From Eukaryota sp. TZLM1-RC (taxonomy: Eukaryota; Protista; Metamonada: BaSk clade), in NCBI GenBank assembly GCA_040285825.1, contig JAUPSS010000003.1, positions 2,480,001 through 2,544,000 of the forward strand: a stretch of 64,000 nucleotides of DNA, given 5' to 3'. The notes under the pieces were generated by a model, which saw only the letters and a list, made by a program, of their open reading frames with translations, made no database searches and had not been told where the DNA came from. How positions within the stretch are numbered: the first letter of the stretch is position 1; the number at the start of each line of letters is the position of its first letter. Below are positions 22,740 through 36,047 of the stretch, one piece after another. The translations under genes were made by a program, and so were the position numbers.

Positions 22740-24228
22740 ATGGATAACCAAATCAACACCCCTCCTCTCCATATCTATTCTGACTTTGAATCAGGTAACA
22801 TTGAAACTTTTACTCAATGTGCGCCTTACGAATATGATATCTTTATCCGTTCCGACCCACGTCCCCTTTCAAAACTCTGTGCTCTATGGTTTCACTTCGC
22901 TGTTGATTTCACTACTCCCTCACTCCCTATACTTTTTAACATCATTGGTACAAGTAAAACTAAGTCAAACTACAGATCGGGACAGACACCCATAATTAAA
23001 CCCTCTAATGAGCACACTTATTACAAGGTACACCCCAAGAATGTGTTTTATTACAAATGTCCACGTCACGACAACTCATACACTCTCTCCTTTCTATTCT
23101 CGCCACCCACTGCTTCTACGTACTTTTTTTCATATTCATTTCCTTACACTTACACTCATCTCCAGCATTTTCTTTCCTCAATTCCCTCATTTACTCACCC
23201 TCTTCATCGTTCCCTTCTATGCAGATCCCTTCTTCTCCGACGGATAGACCTTCTCTCCTCTGATCCCCCCTCATCTTCTTCCTTACCATATCCAGTCATC
23301 TTCATCTCAGCTCGTGCTCACCCAGGTGAGACTCCATCATCCTTACTTTGTGAAGGTATAGTTTAGTGTTTTATTATAACCCTAGGTATTGTTATTTATT
23401 TATTTAATTCATCACAGGATTAGTAGAATATTTGTGCTCATCTTGTTCAAATAGATTGCGATCTCTTTGCGGAGTTCGAGTGGTTCCAATGTTGAATCCT
23501 GATGGTGTAGCAAACGGTAAGTAACCCTAAGCCTCACCCTAGGTAATTATCGAACAGATGTATTGGGTTTTGATTACAACAGGTGTTGGGAGAAGGGAAG
23601 AAATTCTATATATTATGACATGTTGTCACCAATCAAATATTTCACTGATCTCGTCATGAGCTCTATTAATGATCCCTATTCGTTTCCCGCTTTTTCACTG
23701 GATCTACACTCTCATTCGTTTAAAGCAGATGCTTTTATTTTCGGAAACAAGGTTAATGTGGGGGCAGAAAATTTGGTGGAGTGGAAAAATTTACCACGGC
23801 AACTTAAGGAAAAATTAATTCCAAATGAAATTGACATAGATAATGTCAATTTTTATTTAAAATTTCAGACAGATTCTTTTGATAAATTTTCAAAAGTTTT
23901 AGGTTCTACTGACAGAACCTTCAATCCAAAATTTTGCAGATTTACTGATCCCGCTTCTGACACCCTCATGACACAGCGTAAAATTCTGGGAGAACTCCTT
24001 TCGCCTTATGGTGGCCACGCTCAAACTCTTGAAGTTTCATCTGCCTTAGCCCACAATCTAGACAATATTGACCCTAATTCGGGGCATTTCAATGGTCATA
24101 TTCCCCAGTTTTCACGTAGCGCTTACAAGTCGTTAGGATGGAGCATTGGGATGGCTCTGGATGAGTATGTTTATGATAAATATGTCGTTTGTAAGATGGC
24201 ACGCAAATTTTGGCAAAGAAAAGAGTGA
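22740..24228 (+). CDS. AGBL4: Cytosolic carboxypeptidase 6-like tubulin deglutamylase (M14); exons 22740-23355, 23418-23516, 23543-24228
   Basis: SDFESGN, WFHF, KTKSNYRSGQTP, KNVFYYKCPRH, YSFPYTY, ARAHPGE; after splicing CEGLVEYL...[33 protein letters not shown] and TLEVS. Confidence 0.88.
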
Positions 24229-25788
24229 ATTTTTTGTTAAATTTTCAGGCTTGTATGCATGATTTTTTGTTTTTGGGGTACATTCTTCCATTTTTCACAA
24301 TTTTTTACATTTTTTTTGGAATTAATTCAAACATGATTATCATTGTCACAAGTTTTCTATTAAGTTATTTATAAATTTTTAAATGGTTTTTGTGTTTATT
24401 CATATATATGTTATTCTTTATTTTGTTTAGCCAACAACTGAATCAAGAGTTTTTATTATTAAGTTTTTTTCACAATGTTGTAGATCAGCAAAAATAGTTC
24501 AACAGAGTCAATTCCAATCCGCTCAACTGGCAGTTAGAGCACAAAGTCTTACTTGGCTTTAAATGGTTTGCAAAGTTCTCTTAACAATATCCGATATATA
24601 ATTTGTTTAATGAATAGCTCGATTTGTCAACATAGAATTAAGATCAAATTTTTGATCGTGGTTGATTTCAGTGAACTCTGAACAATTGAGGTTAACTAGA
24701 TAGTGAATTGAATCAAAGCCAACTGAACTTTTTTTCTTTTATCAGTTTTCATCGACTTACTGGTTATGACTACTTCTCATAAAGAATCTTGTGGTTTTTA
24801 TATATTCTTCGTAAATAAATACGAATTGTGACAACAGAACTACATACTCAAGTTTCAAAGGTGTTGTTTCTTTATTGGAACTTGGACTTTATTTAGTATG
24901 AGAGAAAAATTTCTAGTCACTTCTGTTTGGCTAATTTGCAGCATAAAAATTTAGATTTTCTAGATACTATTTGGTAATTTACAAAATACACTCATCCCAT
25001 TTCATTTTTCAGAATCACTTATCTTTGAAATACTGTTTCTTCTCGCTTGCACTGTCACTATTGTTCTAACTGACAGGAACACCTCGATGTACATTTGTGT
25101 ACATTTGTGTGGAAGAGAACTTGATCGAGTCCCTGCCCTTTTCCATTTATCACATGTTTTCTATCTTGTCCTCACATATCTCTACATTTATCCTTTTCCA
25201 ATCTCAACACCTTCCCCACAACGACACGGTGATCACTTTCTGCGATGTTTTACCTTACTGATCTACCCATGCTATCGACCTCACCTCTTCCAAGTGTTTT
25301 GCACACGTGTCATGCCACGTCATCAGTCAATTGCTCTCCGTCTTTATCAATATCCAGCAACTCTTGTTCGTTCATCAATGGTCTTTTCTTTTGTTTCACT
25401 GTATTCACCAACAAAGAACCACATCAATGACCACATTCCTTCTTTGACCAGCAATACCCCAACCCATCTTTCTAACCCTTTTCAATGGTATTTTTACCCT
25501 GTTTGTGTTGGCTTTTTAAAGAATTGGTGAACGTCTTGGCTTCAAAGTTCCATTTTGCACTTTTTTTAAAAATAATTAATCAATTAATTAGTTAATGTTT
25601 TTCTCAATTAATTTCTATTGATTTCCCGCAAACAAACTAATTGTTAAGTATTATTCTATTTGTATTTAATCACATCTGGCCTTATGAAATGATATATGGA
25701 TCTAAGATTTGGCAAGTTTTTCGGATTTTTTATGATCTTTATTAAAATCTGAATTTGCATTATTTTTACTAACATTGCATTTACCACT

Positions 25789-25960
25789 GAGTCTCTACCA
25801 AATATTGAGAGTAATTCTCTTTATTTTGAGTCTCTAATCACAAAGACATGAACGACTGAGTAACCACCAATCATTCAGTTTTTAACTGTTTGAAGTTGAT
25901 TACGGTCATGAAAGTTCTGATCACGTGTTTCTATATAGTCTAAATGTTTTTGGATTTTCT
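25789..25960. repeat. ~180-bp dispersed repeat, copy 2 (probable LTR)
   Basis: Aligns with the copies at 9736 and 60381. Confidence 0.7.
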
Positions 25961-25999
25961 GAAATTTAATACTAATTTCATTGTCAATATTTTTTTGCA

Positions 26000-28700
26000 G
26001 TTATAGTCTTAATCCACCTTTGTCCAATGAGTTGTAGTTTTGGTTGAGAAGACCTTTGCAATTGCATCGCTTCAACAGGTTTAACCACCATTATGACAAC
26101 CTTTGAGCTACAGCGTTTCCAAATTTATCATCTTCGTCGTCATTCAGATTAGTCATCTACATCGGAGAAGCATAATTCAGTTGGGATGATATTACAGGTT
26201 ACAGATTTAGACAAGATTATTTCCCAATGTACAATGTGTTGAGTGTTTTTGAGTCATCAATGGGAATTAGAAAGACTAACTTGACATACGAGGAACGTAC
26301 ACCTTTAGAGCATCTACATAGGGGTATGTGGATTTTCAAGTGGTCTGTTCTCAATATGGAGCTACTGAAGGGACGTCGACAGCGGAGGTGGATTCTCTTT
26401 CATCCACAGTCATTACTGTTGGGGTTAATTCAGGTTTCACAAATCATCAGAGGTTGGAAAAGGATGTTTATTTATCGAGTTAAGAACAGCAGAAACATGA
26501 ATACAATAAAGAATTTAAACTAAAGATGACGTGATAACAGAAGCAGGAAGATCGTGTATTGAATCATTATTGAAATTATCGGAAATTCTGTTCAATTGGT
26601 AAAAACACAGAGATATATTGGTATTCATTTCAGGGATTTGTTTGTGTAGGAGCAGATTGATAGGACGGGTGTTGTGACTCAGAGAAATTTGTGTGCTCAA
26701 GAACGAAGCTGACAATTACCCTTGGTAACATGTTTTTACTGAGGTAAGAACTGAGTAAAGCTGCTTGGTTGAGGGTTTTTATGAGTCATATCAATTATTT
26801 TGGATATGATGCTGAGGTGTAGACTAGTCCACACTGTTTTGATAAACAAGAGTGCTCCGTCAAAAGTCTTGGTTAATGTATCAGTATTATCACACTTATT
26901 TTTAGCTTATCTTTTCATTTCAACTTTTCTTACTTTCAACAAGGGCGGACTGTAGTACAGGTATCCAACGTAGAACAACTCAGTTGAAATCGGGGCAGGG
27001 GAGTAGATTTAAAAGGTTTCTGTGATCACAAAATAGGGTCAGATGTTTAGTTTCTAGAAATGAGGACAAGTTGGGCTGGTTGAGCGTCATTACGATCGCA
27101 AAGAGTTCCTTTTGCATTGTTGACCAGGTTTGTTGAGCAAGGGTTAAAATTCTTGAGTAGAATGAGATTGGGGCGACATGCCGTTTTGATAGGCGTTTTC
27201 CAGATTCAGAAGGACACAATTTCTTGGTTACTTCCAAATATTATAAGCTATGCCATTTTAGAGGCGTTGGTGGACACGAGGATATTTGAGTCAGAACATT
27301 GGAGTCTGTTGCTTTGATATTGAACGGACCACCACTTCAGGGATGGAAGTGATGAGAGAGTCTTCAGCTTCAGTCTTTACCAATCTTTTTAAGAGCTTAG
27401 GTTGGATTCAGTGGAAGGATTTTCGGTTTAGGGCTTCTTCGTTCAGCAGGAAGGGTACGTTGCGAGCTACCTTCCTAAAATGACGGGTCTAATGGGTGGT
27501 AGCTTCATTAGCCACAGCAATTCAAAGGCAGGGGTAACCGGTTAAACATCAGGTGTGCCTAAGCTGTGTCTTCTACAGGCGTACAGGACAGCAGGTATTC
27601 CAGGATTTCTTGGGCTTCTTCGGGGAAATTTGGTGAATAACTAGGAAAGTGTCTAATGCTTCGGTGACGATACATCTCGGGATGTATCACAACAGGGACT
27701 CTAAGTCTTCGAGGTCTTGGGCATATGCAAGGTGAAACAGCTATGGATTCCCTTCTTCAGAATAGTCAGAATACAGGAGAATTCTTCATTCTCTTGGTTT
27801 TCAGGGCCTTCTTCGGCTAGGGCCTTCAAGATTAACTTGAATATCAACAATGTTGACATCTTTTTCTGAAGAATCACTATCGTAAACATTCAGCGCGTCT
27901 CCAAGGCATGAGTCAGAACAGTTATATATATCTGCTTCACTAACAGCACAAAGTACAGTGTTCACCTGTTCTAGTTCTCTATTATTATGAACATGGGCGG
28001 ATCTTTTGACGTCGAAAGTTTGGGCAATATATTGCGAGGACAATTAACAGCAATATGACCAGGCTTATGGCATCTGTAACAAGATTTGGCAGCTATATCT
28101 GTATCTCTGACAGCAGAACGAGTATTTGTATTAGATAAAGATCCTGACCAAACTTAAGATCTATCGTGGTCGATAATTTCGGTGGTAGCAACCTCCACGA
28201 GGGGCTTGAAATCAGGCAACATTTGGTTATTAATACGGGACACAAGGAATTCAGCCAGACCTTTAGGAGCAATACCAGCAGCAAATCGTTTCTTAAAAAC
28301 ATTATTTAGAATGGAGAGACCTTCAGACTATTCCTTCACCTTCAGAAAATTTTTGAGGTTATTATTCATTCCTTCTTCAACACTAGAGATCTTCACGTTC
28401 ATTTTCAACCGAGAGACCGTCTCGTTGAAAGCTTCGCTTCATAGGACGGAAAATTGTTTAGCGATTTCCAATAGTTGAGCAACGCACTATCGGAAGTCTT
28501 CACCTTAGGTTCATACAACTCTAAGGACTTTAAAATAAAGGGATCTACGGTGAGCCTTAAGAAATCAACTTTGGTGCTATCAGTGACAGACTGATACACT
28601 TCAAATTCGCTCAAAAACATGCATACATCTTCCTCGAGTCTATTCACACATGAATAGACTGATATTTCGGCGACCGTCCATATGTTCTGTAATCGTGAGC
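26000..28700 (-). mobile_element. Decayed, internally deleted Gypsy element (gag, RH, IN remnants)
   Basis: Knuckle CYRCHKPGHIAVNCP (~28035-28090); RNase H VSTNASK, PISFYSRILT, MQKELFAI, CDHRNL (26980-27280). Confidence 0.8.
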
Positions 28701-29045
28701 AGAGTACTTTGTCGACTTTTTGTGATGAGAATCGTCAGTAACTTTTTGTAAGGTGCAGTTTTCTGGTTGAATCGATGACTGCCATTGTATCATTGGAACC
28801 CCAAAAATGTGTGTTTTGGATTTATTAGTGTTGTTCTTCTCCACAACCAGGCATACACACTTGAAGAGATCTGCTGTTTTTTCAGAACATTGATTGCACA
28901 AAAGATGAACACGTTTCCTCCGTGCTGAGCAGGAAAAACGTGCTATAGAAGTTAATGTATTCAATTCTTGTATTTTGGGGACCCAGATTCGTAGACAGAA
29001 CAAATCAAAGGGACAAACTTATTCGTGAAAGTATCAAAAAGATGT

Positions 29046-30108
29046 TCAGAATTGCACGTCACATGTGTGAACACGTGTTCGACACGCATTCTTCAGTTTA
29101 AAGGCTTTTTCATCGGTGTTCCATCGGTGACGTGAGTAATATGTAGCGTCTTGTTCACAATCTTTCTTCAATCCTTTGTTAATGGATTCTACTACTGAGT
29201 TAATTAGCTGGGTTCTGCTTCGGGTATTATGGACTTTCTTATGAGTTGGCAGATTATAGTTTCGTCGGGGTTTTCGGTTGGCTTGGCTTACTCTGCAGTT
29301 TGGGTCGGGGTAATCACCAATAACTTGGCCGGGGAGTCTCAATATTTCTCGGATAATTGGTCTTCAAACAGGAGGTAGTTCTTTGAGTACGGCCTGTGGT
29401 ACTCAGGGAGAAGTTCAGTCAGTCGGTTCAGAAATTCAGAAATGGAAGTAATGAGGAAGTCCTCAGCCTCATTCTTCAATAACCTCTTGAGAGGTTCAGG
29501 ACCGATTCCGTTTAGAAATTTGCGGGAAAGGGCACATTCATTGTTCCTAAGTACAGGAACCTTGCTTGTGACTTTCATAAAGTCACTGGTATAACGGGAG
29601 TTTGCTTTTTTAGCGTCTCGACAGGACAGGGACAGGGATATACGTTTATACAGCTTGTATATCTGAGCAGAATCTGCAACTCTTGTACAGGAAATTAGGA
29701 ATTCAAGAATCTTCATTGGTTTTTAGGAGAGATTTTATGGATGACAAGGAAGGTATCAAAGACTTCAGGGGCAATACAGAGAGGTATATGAGCTAGCAAC
29801 AGGGACTCAATATCAGCAACAGAGTCATGGGTTCCAACTTGACCTAGGAGGTTGGATTTGGCTTCAACATCGTTAGTAAACAGGAAAGAGAATTCATCTT
29901 TCACTACGGCTTCAGGTTCTTCGTCAACGGAGTTGTACAGATTGACTCGGATTTCAGAGGGATCAGGGTTCTCAATCTCTTCATCAGCGTCTTTTTGAGC
30001 AGGGACAGAACTTCGGGAACCACGTCTAGAAGACTGAGAGTTAGTGGAAAAGAGAAATTTTAAAGGTATGATACAGATTGCTACGCAACTCGTCAACGAA
30101 GCGAGCAC
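29046..30108 (-). pseudogene. Second gag-like remnant
   Basis: RKFLNGIGPEPLKRLL resembles KRFAAGIAPKGLAEFL of the gag at ~28250-28300; several frameshifts. Confidence 0.5.
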
Positions 30109-30274
30109 ATGAGGTGCGTTGCACTTCGGAGAAGTTTAGTAGCTAGCCAGGCATTATTCTGGTTGACCATAGTAATTACTGTTGGGTTCACATGCGTCAT
30201 AATCCTTGTATAAACGGAAAACTAGGTCACAGGGTGTTTATCACAAGGAGGGAGAATAAAAAGCAAGGAGACAA

Positions 30275-31300
30275 CTATGAGAATCTACTTAAATCACTGA
30301 TATCACGTGGCATCACGTGATATTTACAATAACCAAATATGGCTTTGAGCCAACAGATGACTTGATTGCATCTCCCTTGTAAATTTCTATCCAACAATTC
30401 ATTTTCATTGATAGTTGAAAAGGTTAAGCTGGTTTTAAGTCTGTCAATACATAGATTTCTTGCCCCACTTGAAAATTTGCTTATAACAGCGTTATTTTCG
30501 TCCACAAAATGAATTCAACCAATGAAAGGTTTCCAGAAATCAAGTAACTCCTGTATGTTGTTCCACTAAATTGGAACCAGATGTTCTTCGACTTTGAACA
30601 ATTTTTTCAATAATGGAAAGTTAGTGTAAAATAGAGCGGAGGCCGGCTTCAACAACTTTAGTGGTAATTTTTTTTCATATTCGCCATTAACTAGCTTTTT
30701 ATTGACAAAAAATGTAACCAGTTCAAATGAATTTTTAATTAAATCAGCAAGGGTTTAACGTTTTAAAACCCTTAACAGCCATGTACAATATGTGTGAGCT
30801 AGAAGGGAAAAAATGAATATTGCGTATTCATTTTAAATGATTTCAACAGCAGCAGGACAAACGGATACGTTATCGAAAACTAACTGTGTAACAATGGATG
30901 AGCCAAACTCTGTTAAAACTGCCTTTACTTCGAATGCCATATATTGTGTGTTATTTTGCACACCACCTCTATCTATTGACTTCACAAAATGAACCCTACA
31001 GTGACTAACTAATAAGATACTGACATAATATTTTCTTGATCTGTCTGACCATCCATCAAACACTAATGTACACCCAGTGTGGTCCAATGTTTCTACAAAT
31101 TGTTACAATTCTTTTTGCAGTGCTGCTTTTGCACTTGGTATCAATTTTTTGGGGACAGTAGTCCCATTTGGTACCTGGTACTTGTTGTTGGACAACCAAG
31201 AGTGGATTCCATTTTGCCAATAAGAGTGGCTTTTTGACATGATGAAGCAAGTTTGTCTACTCTGCAAATGTTTTCTTCCACCTGATTGTTTTACAAAATT
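30275..31300 (-). pseudogene. hAT (DUF659-type) transposase remnant
   Basis: GCTLVFDGWSD...HFVKSID...TQLVFDN. Confidence 0.75.
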
Positions 31301-32347
31301 TTAAGATCTAGTCAGAGTAAACGTGTTTGTAGAGTGTTATCGGCGAAAATGAAATTTCATCTGATACGAATGAAAATCAAAGTTCTAGTTTCATCTGTAT
31401 TGTTTGAGATGAGGTTAAGATCAATACTTACTTCAGTCATGACCAAAAGACAATTACAATGATTTGTGTGATAAGGCAAACTACAGCAAATACCATAATG
31501 ACCTAGAAAATGAAGTGTGAGGTGAGCCACATTATCAATAAATGAATCATGTCTCAAGTGAGAAATTTTGTTTATTTCGGGTCCCGGCTAACATGGACGA
31601 TCTAGTACTTAAAATTCTGGACTGCATCTTTTTGTTCCTCAACGGAGGAAGTTCGCAATCCTAAATTTTTAAGAACATATCAGTTATTGTAATATTATTG
31701 AGAATTTTTGAAGAGCAATAATTTTTGGCAATAATTTCGAATCATTAAATGATGGGATAATAATTACAATCACAAACAAAAAAGAAGATAACACATCCCC
31801 TTATGTTGTTGTTATTGATCGACTAGACTAATAAACAGATGAAGAATTCAGATAATGACGTGGCACTTGTTCAAGAACATGTATTTTTATAAATAAAACT
31901 CTCTTTTTCTTCTTTTCATTGGTATTTCAGCCCAACAACATCATATAGTACATAAAGACTACAACATTATAACTCTGAGATGTTCACTAACTGTGTTTAT
32001 CAGCAACAACACTTAGAAGACATCCAATTTTTCATTAATAAAAATTCCATTATTAGTCAATTCTGAACGAAAGCTGACTTTTGAATACAATGAATCACCT
32101 AATTCCATGAAAATGATTCGAAATATGTAAAACTTGAAAGTAGAATTATTCAATTCCACTGTAGTCGACTCCCCATCAATTAGGGCAAAATACTGAATTG
32201 TCTATGGTCATAATAAACATAATGAACAACAGTTGAAGCAACAAGTTGTGGTACCTTTTCGCTAATCACCAGTGAGTGTCGGCTTGTTGAGCATTTGAAG
32301 CCATCAATTCAAAAAATCATCACTTGAATCTTTTTGGTGGCATTATC

Positions 32348-32871
32348 TACACCGCTTACCTTAAATAATGTCACACACATTAATTTGGAACTGACATTAA
32401 TTGAGGTGTGTCAACATTGATGTGAGTGACATTAATTTGGAAAGTTTCGAATTAATGTCACCAACTTTATAACCTAATTCATTGTTTAACTAATATCCAA
32501 ATAACTTATTTTCTACTGCTTTACCTTCAACATGGTCTTTGTGTAATCGTACAATGTTTTGCAACACATGCGACAGTGGAAAAACTTCCCAATGACCCGT
32601 CACATTGAGCACAAATCCACAGCGGATCATGGCCATTCCGGCGTATGTCAGACCGTCTTCATTTCGGATTTCGTGGACTTTTTTACTATTTGTTGTAGCT
32701 AGGTTTTAAAAGATATTGCTTACCAGGATTTCTTAGCATTCCAGATTCACCCCAGTTTTGGTCAGTAATCATTCGCAACTTTTCGCACTCCCATTTGACT
32801 GTCCAAAACTCCTTGATCTTCTCGATTACAAAAGAATCAGCTGGTTGACATAAATGTGTTTACACAACAGT
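32348..32871 (-). mobile_element. pogo/Tc1-mariner (DDE_1) transposon 3' remnant
   Basis: Minus strand THLCQPADSFVIEKIKEFW, GMLRNPGK, GLTYAGMAMIRCG; terminus TA-CACCGCTTACCTTAAATAATGTCAC with GACATTAATT subterminal repeats. Confidence 0.7.
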
Positions 32872-32879
32872 GTGTAGAT

Positions 32880-34505
32880 TAGAGATGGGCAAAAAACTAA
32901 ATTTCGGACTAAACTATGAACTAGACTAAAAATTAGTCTAACCCATAGTTCATCCGTTTATATTTATAGACTCAGTACGTCAAAAAATCTTCTGTTATAT
33001 CAGTATACATGAATACATTCAGCACTGTTGCATTCTCGTAGTGTTTTACATCTTTCAACCTAATGACTTATCATCCTTCCAAAAAACCTAATTTTGATAA
33101 GCCTAAAGTTGATCTGGTCCCTCTGTCTCCACACAAAACTTGGATTGGTCATCAACTTCATGCCTAGCGAGAGATTACCTCTCTAGTCAAGCTACATCCG
33201 TGCCATCAGAAAATATGTTTTCTGCAGAAGATGACGCCAGAATCAGAAGAAATAGATTGTCCCCTTTAAACATGAGAGTTCTAATCTCTTGGAAATCTTG
33301 GATTTGTTAATGGCTGGCAGCTAGAACTTTATTAATCAATGATAACAGTTTATTAGTTTTTCTGCAGAACATGAATTAATTTATGTATATTATCCAGTTT
33401 TAGTGTGGTTTGTTTATCACAAAATAAACACCTTTTCTGATGTTGATTGGGTAAAGAGTGTTGTTTATAATGTGTTTCTCTCTCACTTTCGTATCAAAGA
33501 AGGGAGAGTTGATGTTTATTGTAAAGCCTATTAACATATGGTATACATTTAATACATGGTTCATCTTTCATCATATTTCTCTATTTGGATAATAAAGTTT
33601 ATTGTCAACTGAGTTGTTACACGAGGTAGTCCGTAGTGCGTTCAATTGAACTACGAACTAGTCTTTAGTCTGCTAAAACGAACTGAGAACTAGTCCGTAG
33701 TGCGTTTGAATGAACTAAGGACTAGAGATTAGTTCGTTCGTTTCGCGTTCGTTCATCGGCTAGTCTAGTCCGTAGTTCATATGAACGAACTAGTTCGTAA
33801 TTACAATTACTCATTTGTTAAATTGTAAACATTCAATTACTTTTAGAAGCAAAGTTCATGATGCTGTAAGAGACCAGTTATATTGTATGTGTAAGTCTCA
33901 TTGAATGGAATCCTTTTTGGAACCTCTGTTGTCAAATCTGTTTGATGCTGAAGATGATTTCTTAAGAATAATAGAGGTGATGTTATTTTACCTGGATTAG
34001 ATGGAAGCTTCATTTTATTGGTTGTAATGTCTGTTGATCCTTGTAATGCCTCAAATGAAAGGCTTGTTAATTCTGAAATTCATAATCCTCCTTCAAATGC
34101 TGAAAATTTCAAATTCCAAAAATACAATGAACCTTTGTCCAAATTGGCCAGTCTACAGCATGCAAAATACAATTTGTATCCATTTGTTTTTTCCCTTTTT
34201 GGTTCACTTGCACCAACTGCTTTACGTTTTTTGGATGATTTTGAAATGATTGTAAAGAGAAGAACTGGCAGAAATTTCAACAGATTGTTTTGGCAAAATA
34301 GAATTGTGTTTTCTATTTTTAAGGGGATGTTGAAGATGGTTTCTGATGCTTTGCTTTCTCTTGGATTTCACTATGAGAGAGTTGCATCTAGTGTATTTTT
34401 TGGGAGAGATGGTTTTTTTAGATGTTGATTTATAGGTTTTGAATAAAATAGAAATTGAATTAAAAAAGTTCGTAGTCCGCTTAGTCCGGACGATGCCCAT
34501 CTCTG
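32880..34505 (+). mobile_element. Non-autonomous hAT element D, 1626 bp
   Basis: TIRs TAGAGATGGGCA / TGCCCATCTCTG; perfect 8-bp TSD GTGTAGAT (32872-32879, 34506-34513); GAACTA/TAGTTC/TAGTCC subterminal repeats; dimerisation-domain remnant ~33130-33310 (ATSVPSENMFS, RRNRLSP). Confidence 0.92.
33800..34466 (+). mobile_element. 5'-truncated CRE-like non-LTR family 2 copy inserted in hAT D
   Basis: ITHLLNC, VHDAVRDQLY, FLEPL, RGDV, YPFVFSLFG; A-rich tail; TSD AGTTCGTA (33792-33799, 34467-34474). Confidence 0.85.
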
Positions 34506-35380
34506 GTGTAGATCAAAGGTCTGTCGAGAAAGTCCAAGTTCTTAAGGTCTTGAAGCACTTCTTGACAAATGCAACATATTGATAAGGAATATGAAAACAT
34601 AAAATACACAACTCAAACTCCACATCCTCAAAACCTGCATCCCACATCAAAACATTTAATGCAACATATCAATTGCTGAATTCAATTGCGTGTTCAAATA
34701 CAAACGAATCGTGACCAAAAATCACCTTCTATGAAAAATTATTGCCCATTTTCACCTGAAACAAGTGTTGTGTGCCCAATATCAACTCCTTTGTTTGTTT
34801 TGAAGGTTCTAGGTTGACTTAAATATATACTATTTTATTCTTGTCTTGAACACTTCATACTATCTACCCGATATGTGACCAATATCTATTATGTAATCAC
34901 ATCTACTACATTTGTTCTTATTATAACTTCAGCAGATTCATCTATCCCACGTTACGTTTCCTTCCAGTCACACTGAACTACGTGAAGAGCGTGATGCTTT
35001 GTTGGAAATAACACATGGCGCTTACAAAAGCTGAAGTGTATGGTTAAAGCTCCTCACTATTGCAATTCGGATGTACTGTAAAATCAGTCTTACAAAAATA
35101 ATGAACAGTGTACCAACTTACAGAGATCATCTTCGCGACTTCCCCGATTACGTAAAACTTTTAAGATATGAACGCAAACAATACCGTCCCTATCGACTGT
35201 CTTACAACTATACCGAGAAACATTTCCATATGGGTAAAATTTACTAACGAAACTATGCTCAGGGTGATGCAGTTTTTGGCAGGAAGTTGAACAGGAAACA
35301 ATGACATTGAATTAATGAACTCATTGGGTCTGACACTCAATGATTTTACAATGCTGTACAATGTTCGAACAATTAAATTG

Positions 35381-35976
35381 GACCCTGACTAAATGTACCA
35401 TTGATTGCACTATAAATTATAATTTTTTTGGTAAATGTACCATAAATTAACTGATGTACCATAAAAGGCATTTTTTATAGAAAACCTGTAATCAATACAA
35501 CTTTATTGGCGGTAACAAAAGCTCTATAAAACAAGCAATGGAACAGTTATAACTTAGCAGTTTTCACGTGGTCTACCTCGTGGACGTTTCACAGGAGGCA
35601 CTTCAAATGCAGAAGGATTTCTACGGGTACCTCTAGAACCTAAAGGTCGTCCCCTTGTCTTTTTTACAGAAGGAGCAAAAGGTATGTTCTGTACGGATGT
35701 CACCAATTGGTTTAAAGAAGACGTCACAAATTGACGCTGTTCTTCGGATAGCGAAGCGGAAGAAAGAAGCTCTAACGGCGTGGTATCAGTTGGAACAGAA
35801 ACTTGTGGCTGTGAGGGAACTTGAATAGGAACATGGGAATGCTCCAAATGCCATATATGAAGTTCAGACGAAACAGAATGTGGTACGTTGATGAAATTGT
35901 GGTACGTTTTCATTATGGTACATTTACCAAAAAATTATAATTTATGGTGCAATCAATGGTACATTTAGTCAGGGTC
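35381..35976 (-). mobile_element. Non-autonomous Mutator-like element (596 bp)
   Basis: ~65-bp TIRs starting GACCCTGACTAAATGTACCATTGATTGCAC; TSD TTAAATTG/TTAAATTT; internal ORF 35554-35913 with the MULE-type C-terminal motif VKKTRGRP.GS..TRRNPSAFE. Confidence 0.85.
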
Positions 35977-36047
35977 TTAAATTTACACGTATGCAAGAAG
36001 AATATTCAGACATTTTTCACCACTCAAAATCTTATCTTTATCTCCCC

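Noticed and set aside
25087-25530. ORFs at 25087-25530, 8678-9049 and 59723-60013 as host genes
   Set aside because: Pyrimidine-rich degenerate sequence with no coherent domain; possibly decayed 5' parts of retroelements, but unsupported.
33620-33800. Repeated TAGTCCGTAGTGCGTT / GAACTA units as a CRISPR-like array
   Set aside because: Irregular, no unique spacers, eukaryotic context; explained as hAT D subterminal repeats.
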